64,000 bases of DNA from a virus. The translations under genes and the position numbers were made by a program. Positions 37,777 through 47,757 of this stretch are shown one piece after another (within the stretch, counting starts at the first letter, position 1; every line of letters begins with the position of its first letter). The stretch spans positions 68,825-132,824 of the IMG/VR virus record IMGVR_UViG_3300047557_003310; one strand, 5' to 3'. The notes beneath the pieces were generated by a model. The model made no database searches and had not been told where the DNA came from. It saw only the letters and a program-made list of their open reading frames with translations.

Positions 37777-38304
37777 ATGCGTAAAGAACAATATCAGGTT
37801 CCTCAGGTTCAGTTTGTATTTCGTGAATCTGGTGAATTCGTAACTAAAACATCTGCAGATCTGTTCGATGGAAAACGTGTGGTCGTGTTTAGTTTGCCTG
37901 GTGCTTTCACTCCTACTTGCAGTGCCTATCAGCTACCTGGATTCGAAGAGAGATACGACGACTTTATTAGTCTTGGCATCGACGATATTTACTGCATCTC
38001 TGTTAATGATGGGTTTGTGATGAATGCCTGGGCACAAGACCAGAACATCGAAAAAGTAAAACTCATTCCAGATGGCAATGCTTACTTCACACGTTCTATG
38101 GGAATGCTTGTCAATAAGTCTAACCTTGGTTTCGGTGATCGGTCTTGGCGTTATGCTATGGTCGTGGATAACGGAATCATCACTAAACTTTTCCTTGAGG
38201 CAGGTATGCGTGACAACGCCGATTCGGATCCATATGTGGAGACTACTCCGGATAATGTTCTTGAGTATGTGAGGGATAAATTAAGAGAAGCAGTGATTGC
38301 TTGA
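37777..38304 (+). CDS. Peroxiredoxin (Prx5 type)
   Basis: FSLPGAFTPTCS, SVNDGFVMNAW, RSWRYAM. Confidence 0.92.
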   Translation: MRKEQYQVPQVQFVFRESGEFVTKTSADLFDGKRVVVFSLPGAFTPTCSAYQLPGFEERYDDFISLGIDDIYCISVNDGFVMNAWAQDQNIEKVKLIPDGNAYFTRSMGMLVNKSNLGFGDRSWRYAMVVDNGIITKLFLEAGMRDNADSDPYVETTPDNVLEYVRDKLREAVIA

Positions 38305-38538
38305 AATAATAATTAATATGATGATACTCTGTCCTAAATAATGGGCAGAGTTTTTTTGTTTATGCCTAGAAATTACATCACAAAAGATGAGATTAAAGTA
38401 TTGATATTGAAGCAAAAAAATAAAGTTGCGAATGAACATCATTTCACTTCAGATCCAAAAGCAATTGCAAATAAACATCTCAATGAATTGCTAGACAAGA
38501 TAGAAGAATTTAGATATTAAACATTTTTTTTTGATTTC

Positions 38539-39201
38539 ATGAAACTTCCAATACATACTTGTCAAATACCAAATTTAAATCAAATATATCAGTTTTATTT
38601 TCCTGGGAAATATGAAGGATTTTTTGTTGAAGTTGGAGCTTTTGATGGAGAAACGTATTCAAATACTTCACATTTAGCCGATTCAGGGTGGAGCGGAATA
38701 TACATTGAGCCAATACAAAACCACTATTTAAAGTGTGTAGATAGACATAAAGACAATGAAGTGAAAGTATTAAATTGCTCAGTTGGATCAGAAGAAAAAG
38801 AAGTGTCTTTATATGTTGGAGGATTTGCTGGTGAATTGACCACAGCAAATTCACAACAATTAGAAATTTATTCTAATACATGGTGGTCAAGTAATTATAA
38901 TTTTATCGAAGAAAAGTGTAATCAGGTAAGATTGGACACAATTTTAACTGAAGAAAATATAAAAGACATAGACATTCTTGTTGTAGATGTTGAAGGCAAT
39001 GAAAAAGATATATTTGATTCTTTCGATTTGAATATTTGGACACCCAAAATGATGATAATTGAGTTAGTTGATGATAATGTAGATTATGTGGGATATACAG
39101 AAAGAGTAGATGAATGCATACAATTGAGAGATAAATTTAAAAATTGTGGATATCATGAGATTTATCGAGATTGTATTAATACAATTTTTTACAGAAATTA
39201 A
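38539..39201 (+). CDS. FkbM family methyltransferase
   Basis: FVEVGAFDG..SN, IEP, LVVDVEGNE. Confidence 0.8.
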   Translation: MKLPIHTCQIPNLNQIYQFYFPGKYEGFFVEVGAFDGETYSNTSHLADSGWSGIYIEPIQNHYLKCVDRHKDNEVKVLNCSVGSEEKEVSLYVGGFAGELTTANSQQLEIYSNTWWSSNYNFIEEKCNQVRLDTILTEENIKDIDILVVDVEGNEKDIFDSFDLNIWTPKMMIIELVDDNVDYVGYTERVDECIQLRDKFKNCGYHEIYRDCINTIFYRN

Positions 39202-39272
39202 ATTTAAAAATTTTTTGATCAGGTACAATTTTAATAAACTACTAGATAAGATAGAAGAATTTAGGTACTAAA

Positions 39273-39953
39273 ATGAAAATAGATCTTCATAACTTTTTTG
39301 AATACTACGATCCTAATAATCCAAAGCATGTTGCAGCAGTTGAGCAACTGGAAGTTGATTTAAAGAATTCTCCACTTCTTGAAGATACTTCAAATTGGGT
39401 TAGAATTTTTAGAACAAAACCAACTGTTCCAGGAGTTTTATCTGTTCCTTATTATCCGCAGACAGATAATTACAGAGATGCTAATCGCACCTGCAATTCA
39501 TCTGCATGTGCTATGGTTTTAGAGTATTTAAAACCAGGTACACTCAAAGGAGCAAAGGGCGATGATGCCTATGTCCAAAAAGTTTTCGCAATTGGCGACA
39601 CAACTGATCATTTGGTTCAGACTAAAGTTCTTGCCTCTTATGGTATTAAGTCACACTTTAGTTACAGCCTTTCTTTTTCTGACCTTGATAATGAGCTTGC
39701 CGCTGGCAGACCTGTGGTTATCGGGATCCTTCATCGCGGTACTTTATCTGCACCTACTGGTGGGCACATGGTTGTAGTGATTGGTAAGAAAGGTGAAGAC
39801 TATGTTGTAAATGATCCTTATGGGTCTTTGAACGATGGCTATACTGGACCAGTTACAAATGGTAAAGGTGCTGTATACAAGAAATCAGATTTGAATTATC
39901 GTTGGTTAGAGAAAGGAAAAGATAAAACTGGTTGGGGTAGAATATTTACATGA
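39273..39953 (+). CDS. Peptidase C39-like putative cell-wall hydrolase
   Basis: VPYYPQTDN, CNSSACAM, GGHMVVVIG, VNDPYG. Confidence 0.8.
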   Translation: MKIDLHNFFEYYDPNNPKHVAAVEQLEVDLKNSPLLEDTSNWVRIFRTKPTVPGVLSVPYYPQTDNYRDANRTCNSSACAMVLEYLKPGTLKGAKGDDAYVQKVFAIGDTTDHLVQTKVLASYGIKSHFSYSLSFSDLDNELAAGRPVVIGILHRGTLSAPTGGHMVVVIGKKGEDYVVNDPYGSLNDGYTGPVTNGKGAVYKKSDLNYRWLEKGKDKTGWGRIFT

Positions 39954-40567
39954 GTATTAAATTTATTGATGCGGTGAAAAATCATAAAGATTTACCTCAC
40001 CAAAATGATGCCTGGACATTTCTTCAAGCAACTGTTCATAAAGAAATTTTAGATGAGTTCGCAAGAAGATTTCGTAATGAGAAGATAGAACCTACACTTG
40101 AGGGACTTCCAATTCCTGGTGTAGAATTAATAAAAAAATTCGAAGGATGTCATTTAAAGTCATATTATGATCCTCTTACTGGTGGTCTTCCAATTACGAT
40201 TGGGTGGGGAAGCACTCGCAGAAAAGATGGCACTCGCTTTATGATTGGAAATACTATTACTCAAGATGAAGCAGATGATCTTTTGTATTATCAACTTCGT
40301 CGTGAATTTTTGCCATCACTTTCAAAAATACCACATTGGGGAGAGATGAATGAAAATCAAAGGGGGGCTTTACTTTGCTTTGCTTATAATGTTGGTGCAG
40401 CTTTTTATGGAAGCCCTAACTTTAATACGATAACCAAAGTACTCAAGGAAAAGAGATGGGGCGATGTTCCTGCTGCTTTAGAACTCTACCGCAATCCTGG
40501 AACAAAGGTAGAGGCAGGATTACTTCGTAGAAGAAGAGCAGAAGGTGCTCTGTGGTCTAAAGTTTAG
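39950..40567 (+). CDS. Lysozyme/endolysin (GH24)
   Basis: IKKFEG..YYD..TIGWGST, AL..FAYNVG, GLLRRRRAE. Confidence 0.9.
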   Translation: MSIKFIDAVKNHKDLPHQNDAWTFLQATVHKEILDEFARRFRNEKIEPTLEGLPIPGVELIKKFEGCHLKSYYDPLTGGLPITIGWGSTRRKDGTRFMIGNTITQDEADDLLYYQLRREFLPSLSKIPHWGEMNENQRGALLCFAYNVGAAFYGSPNFNTITKVLKEKRWGDVPAALELYRNPGTKVEAGLLRRRRAEGALWSKV

Positions 40568-40886
40568 TCTTAAGAGCAATCAAAGTAGCGAGCAATCCAA
40601 CTAAAGTTTCTACTGATTTTGAATTGGTGTCATCACATTTACTTGGTGGAGTTCTATCTTTACTCAATCCATTTACAGTGTAGAGATATTGTAAGTTTAA
40701 TGGATGTTTGATATTACATACCAAGTAATTGAAAAATACTAAAGTAATAATTGCTGATACTACGGCACCCAATAATACACTAATCACCTTTTCTAAAGGT
40801 GATTTTTTTTCTGCCTCTTTTACATGGTCTGCGGATGAAGAGTCTAACTTCTCCTGGTTGGTTTTTGGGGATTGGTCTTCTGACAT
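40557..40886 (-). CDS. Small protein with two hydrophobic segments
   Basis: 109-aa ORF convergent on lysozyme. Confidence 0.5.
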   Translation of the reverse strand: MSEDQSPKTNQEKLDSSSADHVKEAEKKSPLEKVISVLLGAVVSAIITLVFFNYLVCNIKHPLNLQYLYTVNGLSKDRTPPSKCDDTNSKSVETLVGLLATLIALKTKL

Positions 40887-40954
40887 TTAAAAACACTCCA
40901 TCATTTGTGATTAATCTCATAATCAACATTCCGATGAGAAAATGTTTTTTCATT

Positions 40955-41293
40955 TTACATGAATGGTTTTACTATTCCTTCGTTTAACATTTTTTCATTC
41001 ACTGTAACTGGTTCTCCTACAAGATAAAGAGTTCCAAGCATTCTTCCATATTTATCTTCTTTGGTTGTTTCTATGATCCATTCACCTGATTTAGAAAGTT
41101 CTTTTTCCAACCAAAGTCTTGCCTGAATACCTTTATTCTTTTCTTCTAAATCTAATGTTTTTGTCTCAGGTGCATTGATACCTTTGAGACGAATTCTGTG
41201 AGATATTGTAATACCAAATCCTAAATCAATATCTACATCTACAGTATCGCCATCAACTACTCTAGTGATCTTCTTGATCCTGTATTGATACAT
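40955..41293 (-). CDS. Thermonuclease (SNase-like)
   Basis: RVVDGDTVD, RIRLKGINAPE, DKYGRMLG. Confidence 0.88.
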   Translation of the reverse strand: MYQYRIKKITRVVDGDTVDVDIDLGFGITISHRIRLKGINAPETKTLDLEEKNKGIQARLWLEKELSKSGEWIIETTKEDKYGRMLGTLYLVGEPVTVNEKMLNEGIVKPFM

Positions 41294-41392
41294 TTAATTC
41301 ATCTGTTGCTTCTTTAAGTATGTAGTAGATTATCCAAGCAACTCCAGACAATCCAATACCTAACATTATGATTATAGACCAAACAACTTCAT

Positions 41393-41584
41393 TCATCTTC
41401 CTTCTTGTTTATGAATCCAAGTTTTGAGTTCATGTAAATAATTTCTTAACATATCTGCTTTTTGTAGATGCCAAATATCACCACTCTTGAAGTACTCTTG
41501 AGTGTGATTATCTATTGCTTTGAGAATGTTATGAATAGGAGAATTCCAAGGCTCACGCTTTGGAGTATTCCATTCTCTTGGCAT
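41393..41584 (-). CDS. Hypothetical protein
   Basis: 63-aa ORF with SD GAGG. Confidence 0.6.
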   Translation of the reverse strand: MPREWNTPKREPWNSPIHNILKAIDNHTQEYFKSGDIWHLQKADMLRNYLHELKTWIHKQEGR

Positions 41585-41590
41585 ATTTCC

Positions 41591-41692
41591 TCACTTCTTC
41601 TTGCCGCCGTTCTTTGCTTTCTTCGCAGTCGCATTCCCAGAATTTTGTTTGGCATTTGCTGACTTGCCTTTTTTATTTTTGGGTTTTCCCAT
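41591..41692 (-). CDS. 33-aa Lys-rich peptide
   Basis: MGKPKNKKGKSANAKQNSGNATAKKAKNGGKKK. Confidence 0.5.
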   Translation of the reverse strand: MGKPKNKKGKSANAKQNSGNATAKKAKNGGKKK

Positions 41693-41760
41693 CTATTTGT
41701 ACTTGAATACTATGTATTTATGTGACTTCGATAAATAAAACATAAGAAAGTTTAACAAAT

Positions 41761-42090
41761 ATGAAAACTTATAAGCAATTTCTTTCTGAGGGAGTTAATA
41801 TTTCTGGTAATGCTTCTGTTGGTACTTTGATTATAAATGGTTCTGATTCTCAGCCGACTCCTGTTGGTGAGCAATTTTGTGCCGATTTTATGTGGGAAGG
41901 TAATCTTTATAGAATAGAATTAGTATCAGATTCTAATGTTCTGCCGAGCAGAGAAAAATTAGCAGAACAAATTCAAAATGAATATCCTGGTGCAATAGTT
42001 CATAACATTTATCCTTTGACTCCAACACAGAATTCATATAAAGTTTCAGAAGTAAAAAGATATCATCCATCAAAATTAGAGTGGATTTGA
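41761..42090 (+). CDS. Hypothetical protein with capsid-targeting-like N-terminus
   Basis: MKTYKQFLSE; GATAAATA upstream. Confidence 0.65.
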   Translation: MKTYKQFLSEGVNISGNASVGTLIINGSDSQPTPVGEQFCADFMWEGNLYRIELVSDSNVLPSREKLAEQIQNEYPGAIVHNIYPLTPTQNSYKVSEVKRYHPSKLEWI

Positions 42091-42098
42091 GGTAATAG

Positions 42099-43529
42099 AT
42101 GGCCCAATTTAATAAAATAAGTCAAGATTATTTGAATCAAGAGAGAAGTCTCTTTGAAGTGAATATGATCTCCAATAAAAATGGTGAAGTCGTTACACTC
42201 GATAACCCATTTCCAGTTACGGGAACGGTTGGAATTTCTTCTGAAACTCTTATAACTATCAATCCAGATACAAATGCTGTTGATGCATTTGGTAGAGGTA
42301 GAGTTTCTGAACCCTTTACTCTTGGTGATTATAAGCACCTGTATGCTATTGACCCAAACTTTTTAGATAGTGTTTCTGGAGCAGGTTCAACCGTATCATT
42401 TTTACAAAACCAAGCGTGTGCAAGATTACAAACTGGTATTGGAACAACAGCATTTAGTGTTCACCAAACAAAGTTTTATCATCATTATCAACCAGGAAAG
42501 GGACAACTAATTTTTAGTTCTTTTAATTTTTATGCACCCCAAAGGAATGCAACTAAAAGAACTGGATACTTTGATGATAGAGATGGAATTTATTTTGAGC
42601 AGGTTGGACTCAATACTTCTGATGGGATAAATCCAGGTATTGGAACTCATAACTGGGTAATTAGATCTTTTGTGAGTGGTATAGCAACAGAAACCAGAAT
42701 TGCACAATCACAATGGAACAGAGATAAATGTGATGGAACAGGTACTTCTGGGTTTAATTTAGATATTACAAAAACTCAACTTGCATTTATAGATTTTCAA
42801 TGGTTAGGTGTTGGTAGAGTTCGTTGTGGTTTTGCTCACGATGGACAACTTATTACAGCACACGAATTTTTTCATTCTAACAATAGCCCAACAGTCTATA
42901 TTTCAAACCCAAACCTACCAGTTCGTTGTGAAATCAGAAATACTGGTGTAGGTATTGGAGCATCATCTGACCAGATTTGTGCATCTGTGATGTCTGAAGG
43001 TGGATATGTAGAAAGTGGTATTGATTTTGCTTATACAATGCTTACCACAAGAACTACACCAACACCATCAGGAACAGAACTTCCTTTGGTTGCTATTCGT
43101 CTCAAAAATAGTTTTCAGGGATATCCAAATAGAATATCTGTCAAATTAAATAATATTTCATTATTCTGTGAGACAAATAGTATTGTTTATAAGGTTATAA
43201 AACTTCCAAGTTCTGCTTATTTGAGTAATGCAGGAACTCTAACTTGGAATTCTGCTTCTGCAAATAGTGGTGTTGAATATTGTATTGATGCTACAACTTA
43301 TAGTGATGGTGATGTTTTTGCATCAGGTTATGTTCCTTCTGGTGCATCACAAAACTCACTCTCACCAGTTTCTTCAGGAACATTAAGTCAGGCAAAGAAA
43401 AACATTATTGTTCAAAATATAGATTCATCAAACTCCGAGATTTATGTTCTTGTTGTAAGAACAATTACATCTACAGGTAATGTTAGTGCTAACGTTGCTG
43501 CTTCTCTTCAGTGGAGAGAGATTTATTGA
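42099..43529 (+). CDS. Probable virion structural protein
   Basis: 476 aa, beta-rich; DAFGRGRVS, YQPGK, FQWLGVGRVRCG motifs. Confidence 0.55.
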   Translation: MAQFNKISQDYLNQERSLFEVNMISNKNGEVVTLDNPFPVTGTVGISSETLITINPDTNAVDAFGRGRVSEPFTLGDYKHLYAIDPNFLDSVSGAGSTVSFLQNQACARLQTGIGTTAFSVHQTKFYHHYQPGKGQLIFSSFNFYAPQRNATKRTGYFDDRDGIYFEQVGLNTSDGINPGIGTHNWVIRSFVSGIATETRIAQSQWNRDKCDGTGTSGFNLDITKTQLAFIDFQWLGVGRVRCGFAHDGQLITAHEFFHSNNSPTVYISNPNLPVRCEIRNTGVGIGASSDQICASVMSEGGYVESGIDFAYTMLTTRTTPTPSGTELPLVAIRLKNSFQGYPNRISVKLNNISLFCETNSIVYKVIKLPSSAYLSNAGTLTWNSASANSGVEYCIDATTYSDGDVFASGYVPSGASQNSLSPVSSGTLSQAKKNIIVQNIDSSNSEIYVLVVRTITSTGNVSANVAASLQWREIY

Positions 43530-43546
43530 TCTTAGGGGGGGGGGGG

Positions 43547-43580
43547 TTGACAGCCCAGAGATTTCGTGGTACTATAAATA
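43547..43580 (+). promoter_or_regulatory. psbA promoter: sigma70 -35/-10 overlapped by T4 late promoter
   Basis: TTGACA-N17-TACTAT with TATAAATA at 43573-43580; G12 run immediately upstream. Confidence 0.8.
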
Positions 43581-43655
43581 AGTCGGTGAGAGAAGTCAGG
43601 GTTTCCTGACAAACTTTATCACCGAACATTGAAAATAGAATACTTTTCTTTTTAT

Positions 43656-43751
43656 CTTGCCCCACCGAGACTAATGGGCAAGTAAAATCCGTCTCTCATA
43701 TCTTCTCTAGGGGTGAGAAGAAATATCGAACCCTGTTCGTCCCCACGAACT
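43656..43751 (+). ncRNA. PhotoRC-II-like structured psbA leader
   Basis: CTTGCCC/GGGCAAG stem with loop GAGAC pairing downstream GTCTC; TCTTCTC/GAGAAGA stem with loop GGGG; GTTCGT/ACGAAC stem with loop CCCC. Confidence 0.6.
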
Positions 43752-43773
43752 ACTACTTAACCCTTTTTCAAAA

Positions 43774-44526
43774 ATGACTGCTTCAATCGCTTCACGCCGT
43801 TCTGGCGAAAATACCTGGGAACAATTCTGTAACTGGGTGACTTCAACCGATAACCGCCTTTATGTTGGTTGGTTCGGTGTTCTGATGATTCCTTGCCTAC
43901 TTGCTGCTACAACTTGTTTCATCATCGCATTCATCGGTGCTCCTCCTGTAGACATTGATGGTATCCGCGAACCAGTTGCTGGTTCTCTAATGTACGGAAA
44001 CAACATCATCTCTGGTGCTGTTATTCCTTCTTCTAACGCAATCGGACTTCACTTCTATCCCATCTGGGAAGCAGCAAGTCTTGATGAATGGCTTTACAAT
44101 GGTGGACCTTTCCAACTTGTTGTCTTCCACTTCCTTATTGGCATTTATGCTTATATGGGTCGTGAATGGGAACTCTCTTACCGTCTAGGTATGCGCCCTT
44201 GGATCTGTGTTGCTTACAGCGCACCTGTTGCTGCTGCTTCTGCAGTATTCCTGGTTTATCCTTTCGGTCAAGGTAGTTTTAGTGATGCAATGCCTCTAGG
44301 TATTAGCGGAACTTTCAACTACATGCTTGTGTTCCAGGCAGAACATAACATCCTTATGCATCCCTTCCATATGCTTGGTGTTGCTGGTGTATTCGGTGGT
44401 TCTCTATTCAGTGCTATGCACGGTTCACTGGTGACTTCTTCACTGGTTCGTGAAACCACTGAGAATGAATCACAGAATTATGGTTACAAGTTCGGACAAG
44501 AAGAAGAGACTTATAATATCGTGGCT
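43774..44526 (+). CDS. psbA: Photosystem II D1, exon 1 (251 codons)
   Basis: [19 protein letters not shown], ends EEETYNIVA. Confidence 0.97.
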
Positions 44527-44735
44527 TGACAGAGCGGGTCACGCTAAACTGGGTGAACTGCTGGAAACCTAAGTCCTTTGTGGATATGGCAATCAGCATC
44601 CAAGTCCTAGATACATCTAGGAAAGGTTCAGAGACTACCTGAGGGATACAGTTCTCTTAATAACAGGCAAGAGCGCCCAGCACCTTTAATAGGTGAAGAT
44701 ATAGTCCAACCCTTAAGGAAACTTTTGGATAATTG
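44527..44735 (+). mobile_element. Group I intron 1 in psbA (209 nt, no ORF)
   Basis: Exon ends in U, intron ends in G; P1 GTGGCT/GGTCAC with U-G pair; core motifs AACTGCTGGAAA, AATCAGCA, AGAGACTAC, GATATAGTCC. Confidence 0.92.
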
Positions 44736-44996
44736 GCTCACGGTTACTTCGGACGACTTATTTTCCAATATGCGTCCTTTAATAACTCCCGTTCACTACA
44801 CTTCTTTTTGGCCGCTTGGCCAGTAGTTGGTATTTGGTTTACTGCCCTTGGTGTTAGCACTATGGCATTTAACCTGAACGGATTTAATTTCAACCAGTCC
44901 ATTATGAGTTCTGAAGGAAAGGTAATTAATACCTGGGCTGATGTACTCAACCGAGCAGGTCTCGGAATGGAAGTAATGCACGAGAGAAATGCCCAT
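44736..44996 (+). CDS. psbA: Photosystem II D1, exon 2 (87 codons)
   Basis: [19 protein letters not shown]...[10 protein letters not shown]. Confidence 0.95.
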
Positions 44997-45228
44997 TAGA
45001 AATGGTGGCCTTATTGAGTAATCAATAAGTGTAAATCGGGTGAATTGCTGGAAACCCTCTAAAAAATAGGGCAATCAGCAGCCAAGTCTTAGATACATCT
45101 AAGAAAGGTTCAACGACTACCTGAGAAGTTCAGTCTTCTTAATAACAGGATTAAGCGCCCGACAACCTAATAACAAAGGTTGATGATATAGTCTGTGCCA
45201 TAAGGATAGTAAACTTATGGAGTTCACG
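44997..45228 (+). mobile_element. Group I intron 2 in psbA (232 nt, no ORF)
   Basis: Exon ends in U, intron ends in G; AATTGCTGGAAA, AATCAGCAG, ACGACTAC, GATATAGTC core motifs. Confidence 0.92.
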
Positions 45229-45297
45229 AATTTCCCTCTTGATTTGGCCAGCACTGAGGCAACACCAGTTGCTCTTACTGCTCCAGCAATCGGTTGA
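45229..45297 (+). CDS. psbA: Photosystem II D1, exon 3
   Basis: NFPLDLASTEATPVALTAPAIG-stop; spliced total 360 aa. Confidence 0.93.
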   Translation, partial: NFPLDLASTEATPVALTAPAIG

Positions 45298-45379
45298 TAT
45301 AAAAACTCAATAGTGTTATAATAAGGAGACCTGCAAAGGTCTCTTTTTTATAAATAATAGTAACTATGAGCAGACCATA

Positions 45380-45994
45380 ATGAATGTGAAATATACTGAG
45401 GACGATAAAAAACTTTGGGAGAAAATGTATTTGTCTGGTCTTTCTTCTTATGAGATTTCCAGACAATTAAAAGTTCCAAAACCAACGGTATATAAACACA
45501 TAAAATCTTGTGATATTTCTAGAAATTGGTCGGAATGGCAAATAGGAAAAGAACCTTGGAATAAGGGAGTAAAAGGAGCACAAGTATCTTGGAATAAAGG
45601 ATTAACCAAAGAAACTGATGAAAGAGTTAGAAAATATGGTGAAAAGTTAAAAGGAAATAACTATCAAAATCCTTGGAGCAAAAGATATTTCGATGTGGAT
45701 TATTTGTATTTGGTTATTGTTTATCTTGAGGGTAAATTGGTTTATAAGGTGGGTAGAAGTTTTAATAAGTTATCAAACCACACTAAAAATAAATTACATA
45801 GTGTAATTAAAATATGGAAAGGAATACATTATCAAGTACATCACCTTGAAAAGTTCATTCATCAAAAATATCAAGATTATAAAATTGATTTTGAGACCAC
45901 GGACAGTGGATATACGGAGTGTTATGTGGTAGAATTACCCATAACTGAAATCATCAACCTTACAGAAAAAACATTAAAACATTATGATTACTAA
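45380..45994 (+). CDS. Putative free-standing endonuclease (HTH, WNKG repeats, C-terminal GIY-YIG/T5orf172-like domain)
   Basis: SSYEISRQLKVPKPTVYKH; PWNKG/SWNKG; YLYL...YKVGRS...E..IH...GYTE; terminator and TATAAATA upstream. Confidence 0.65.
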   Translation: MNVKYTEDDKKLWEKMYLSGLSSYEISRQLKVPKPTVYKHIKSCDISRNWSEWQIGKEPWNKGVKGAQVSWNKGLTKETDERVRKYGEKLKGNNYQNPWSKRYFDVDYLYLVIVYLEGKLVYKVGRSFNKLSNHTKNKLHSVIKIWKGIHYQVHHLEKFIHQKYQDYKIDFETTDSGYTECYVVELPITEIINLTEKTLKHYDY

Positions 45995-46207
45995 AGAAGG
46001 ATTTATTCAATCAACTGGGCTTGAACCTGAAAAGGCAGAACAACTTTACAATCATTTAAACAAAAGATTTGATGGCGATTGGAATAAAGCGGCAGAGTAT
46101 CTGGAAAGTCTTTCTTCTTACCTTCAAGGACAAGAATGAGCACTAATACCCATTGACTCCTTTGTTAACTTATGTTAACATAAATATGAGAAATTACTTA
46201 GGAGGTT

Positions 46208-47269
46208 ATGACTTCTTCAACTCTTACAAAACCTATTCAACAAAGGGGGTGGTTTGATGTCTTGGACGACTGGGTTAAACGAGATCGTTTCATATTCGTT
46301 GGCTGGTCTGGACTTCTTCTTTTTCCCACTGCTTATCTTGCTCTTGGTGGTTGGCTTACTGGGACAACTTTCGTTACGAGTTGGTACACTCACGGCTTGG
46401 CAAGTTCCTATCTGGAGGGTGCAAACTTTCTTACTGCGGCAGTTAGTACTCCAGCAGATGCTATGGGTCATTCTCTTCTGCTTCTCTGGGGTCCTGAGGC
46501 TCAAGGGGATATCGTCAGGTGGTTCCAACTTGGGGGACTCTGGCCTTTTGTGGCGCTCCACGGCGCTTTCAGCCTGATTGGATTCATGCTTCGTCAGTTT
46601 GAGATTGCTCGTCTAGTCGGTATCAGACCCTACAATGCAATTGCATTTTCTGGTCCTATCGCAGTCTTTGTTTCTGTATTCCTGATGTATCCTCTGGGAC
46701 AATCCAGTTGGTTCTTTGCTCCATCTTTTGGAGTAGCAGCAATCTTCAGGTTCCTTTTATTCCTTCAGGGTTTCCACAACTGGACCCTGAACCCCTTCCA
46801 CATGATGGGAGTTGCTGGTATACTGGGAGGAGCACTGCTCTGTGCGATTCACGGAGCAACTGTAGAAAACACTCTATTTGAAGATGGACAACAAGCAAAT
46901 ACATTCAAAGCATTTGAACCAACTCAAGAGGAAGAGACCTACTCAATGGTTACGGCTAACAGATTCTGGTCTCAGATCTTCGGTATTGCTTTTAGTAATA
47001 AGCGTTGGTTGCACTTTTTTATGCTTTTCGTACCAGTTATGGGTCTCTGGACTTCTTCTATTGGTATCATCGGTCTTGCTCTCAACCTACGTGCATACGA
47101 CTTTGTATCTCAGGAAATTAGAGCGGCGGAGGACCCAGAGTTTGAGACGTTCTACACGAAGAATATCTTACTTAATGAAGGTCTTAGAGCGTGGATGGCA
47201 CCAGTAGATCAACCTCATGAGCAGTTTGTATTTCCAGAAGAGGTTCTACCTCGTGGAAATGCCTTGTGA
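46208..47269 (+). CDS. psbD: Photosystem II D2
   Basis: [31 protein letters not shown]; SD AGGAGG; uninterrupted. Confidence 0.98.
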   Translation: MTSSTLTKPIQQRGWFDVLDDWVKRDRFIFVGWSGLLLFPTAYLALGGWLTGTTFVTSWYTHGLASSYLEGANFLTAAVSTPADAMGHSLLLLWGPEAQGDIVRWFQLGGLWPFVALHGAFSLIGFMLRQFEIARLVGIRPYNAIAFSGPIAVFVSVFLMYPLGQSSWFFAPSFGVAAIFRFLLFLQGFHNWTLNPFHMMGVAGILGGALLCAIHGATVENTLFEDGQQANTFKAFEPTQEEETYSMVTANRFWSQIFGIAFSNKRWLHFFMLFVPVMGLWTSSIGIIGLALNLRAYDFVSQEIRAAEDPEFETFYTKNILLNEGLRAWMAPVDQPHEQFVFPEEVLPRGNAL

Positions 47270-47757
47270 TAAAATCTAAATAACTGACATAACTAAGAGG
47301 GTATAACAACCCTTTTTTTATGTCACATAATCCACAACATCATCCTATGGAACCTTGGATAATCTGGGCAGGCGTAGGAATTATGATGTTCACAGTTATC
47401 ATATTCGTCATATTCACTCTTTCGATGATGTACTTTTAACTTATGTTACTCATTCTCACACTTTTCATTCTCTTTGGTTTCTTTATGTTTATAATGTCCA
47501 TAACACAAGATCTTTAATATTACTACATAAAGATATGTTACTTTATAAGCATGAAAACTTTAACATTTACTGAAGATCAAATCAAACTCCTTGCTGATGC
47601 AGTATGGGTGCGTCAGCGTTGTTTTATTGCAGGAGATAGAAGATTTAGAGAATATGGAAAAATGCTTGACACTATTCTCAAGGATATTGACTACACGCCC
47701 AATAGGGTATAGTATATTGTATAAATTATAATAAGGTATTTTAATATAACTTGAATT

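Noticed and set aside
43774-45297. psbA as a fragmented pseudogene
   Set aside because: Both gaps have group I intron cores and precise removal restores a full D1
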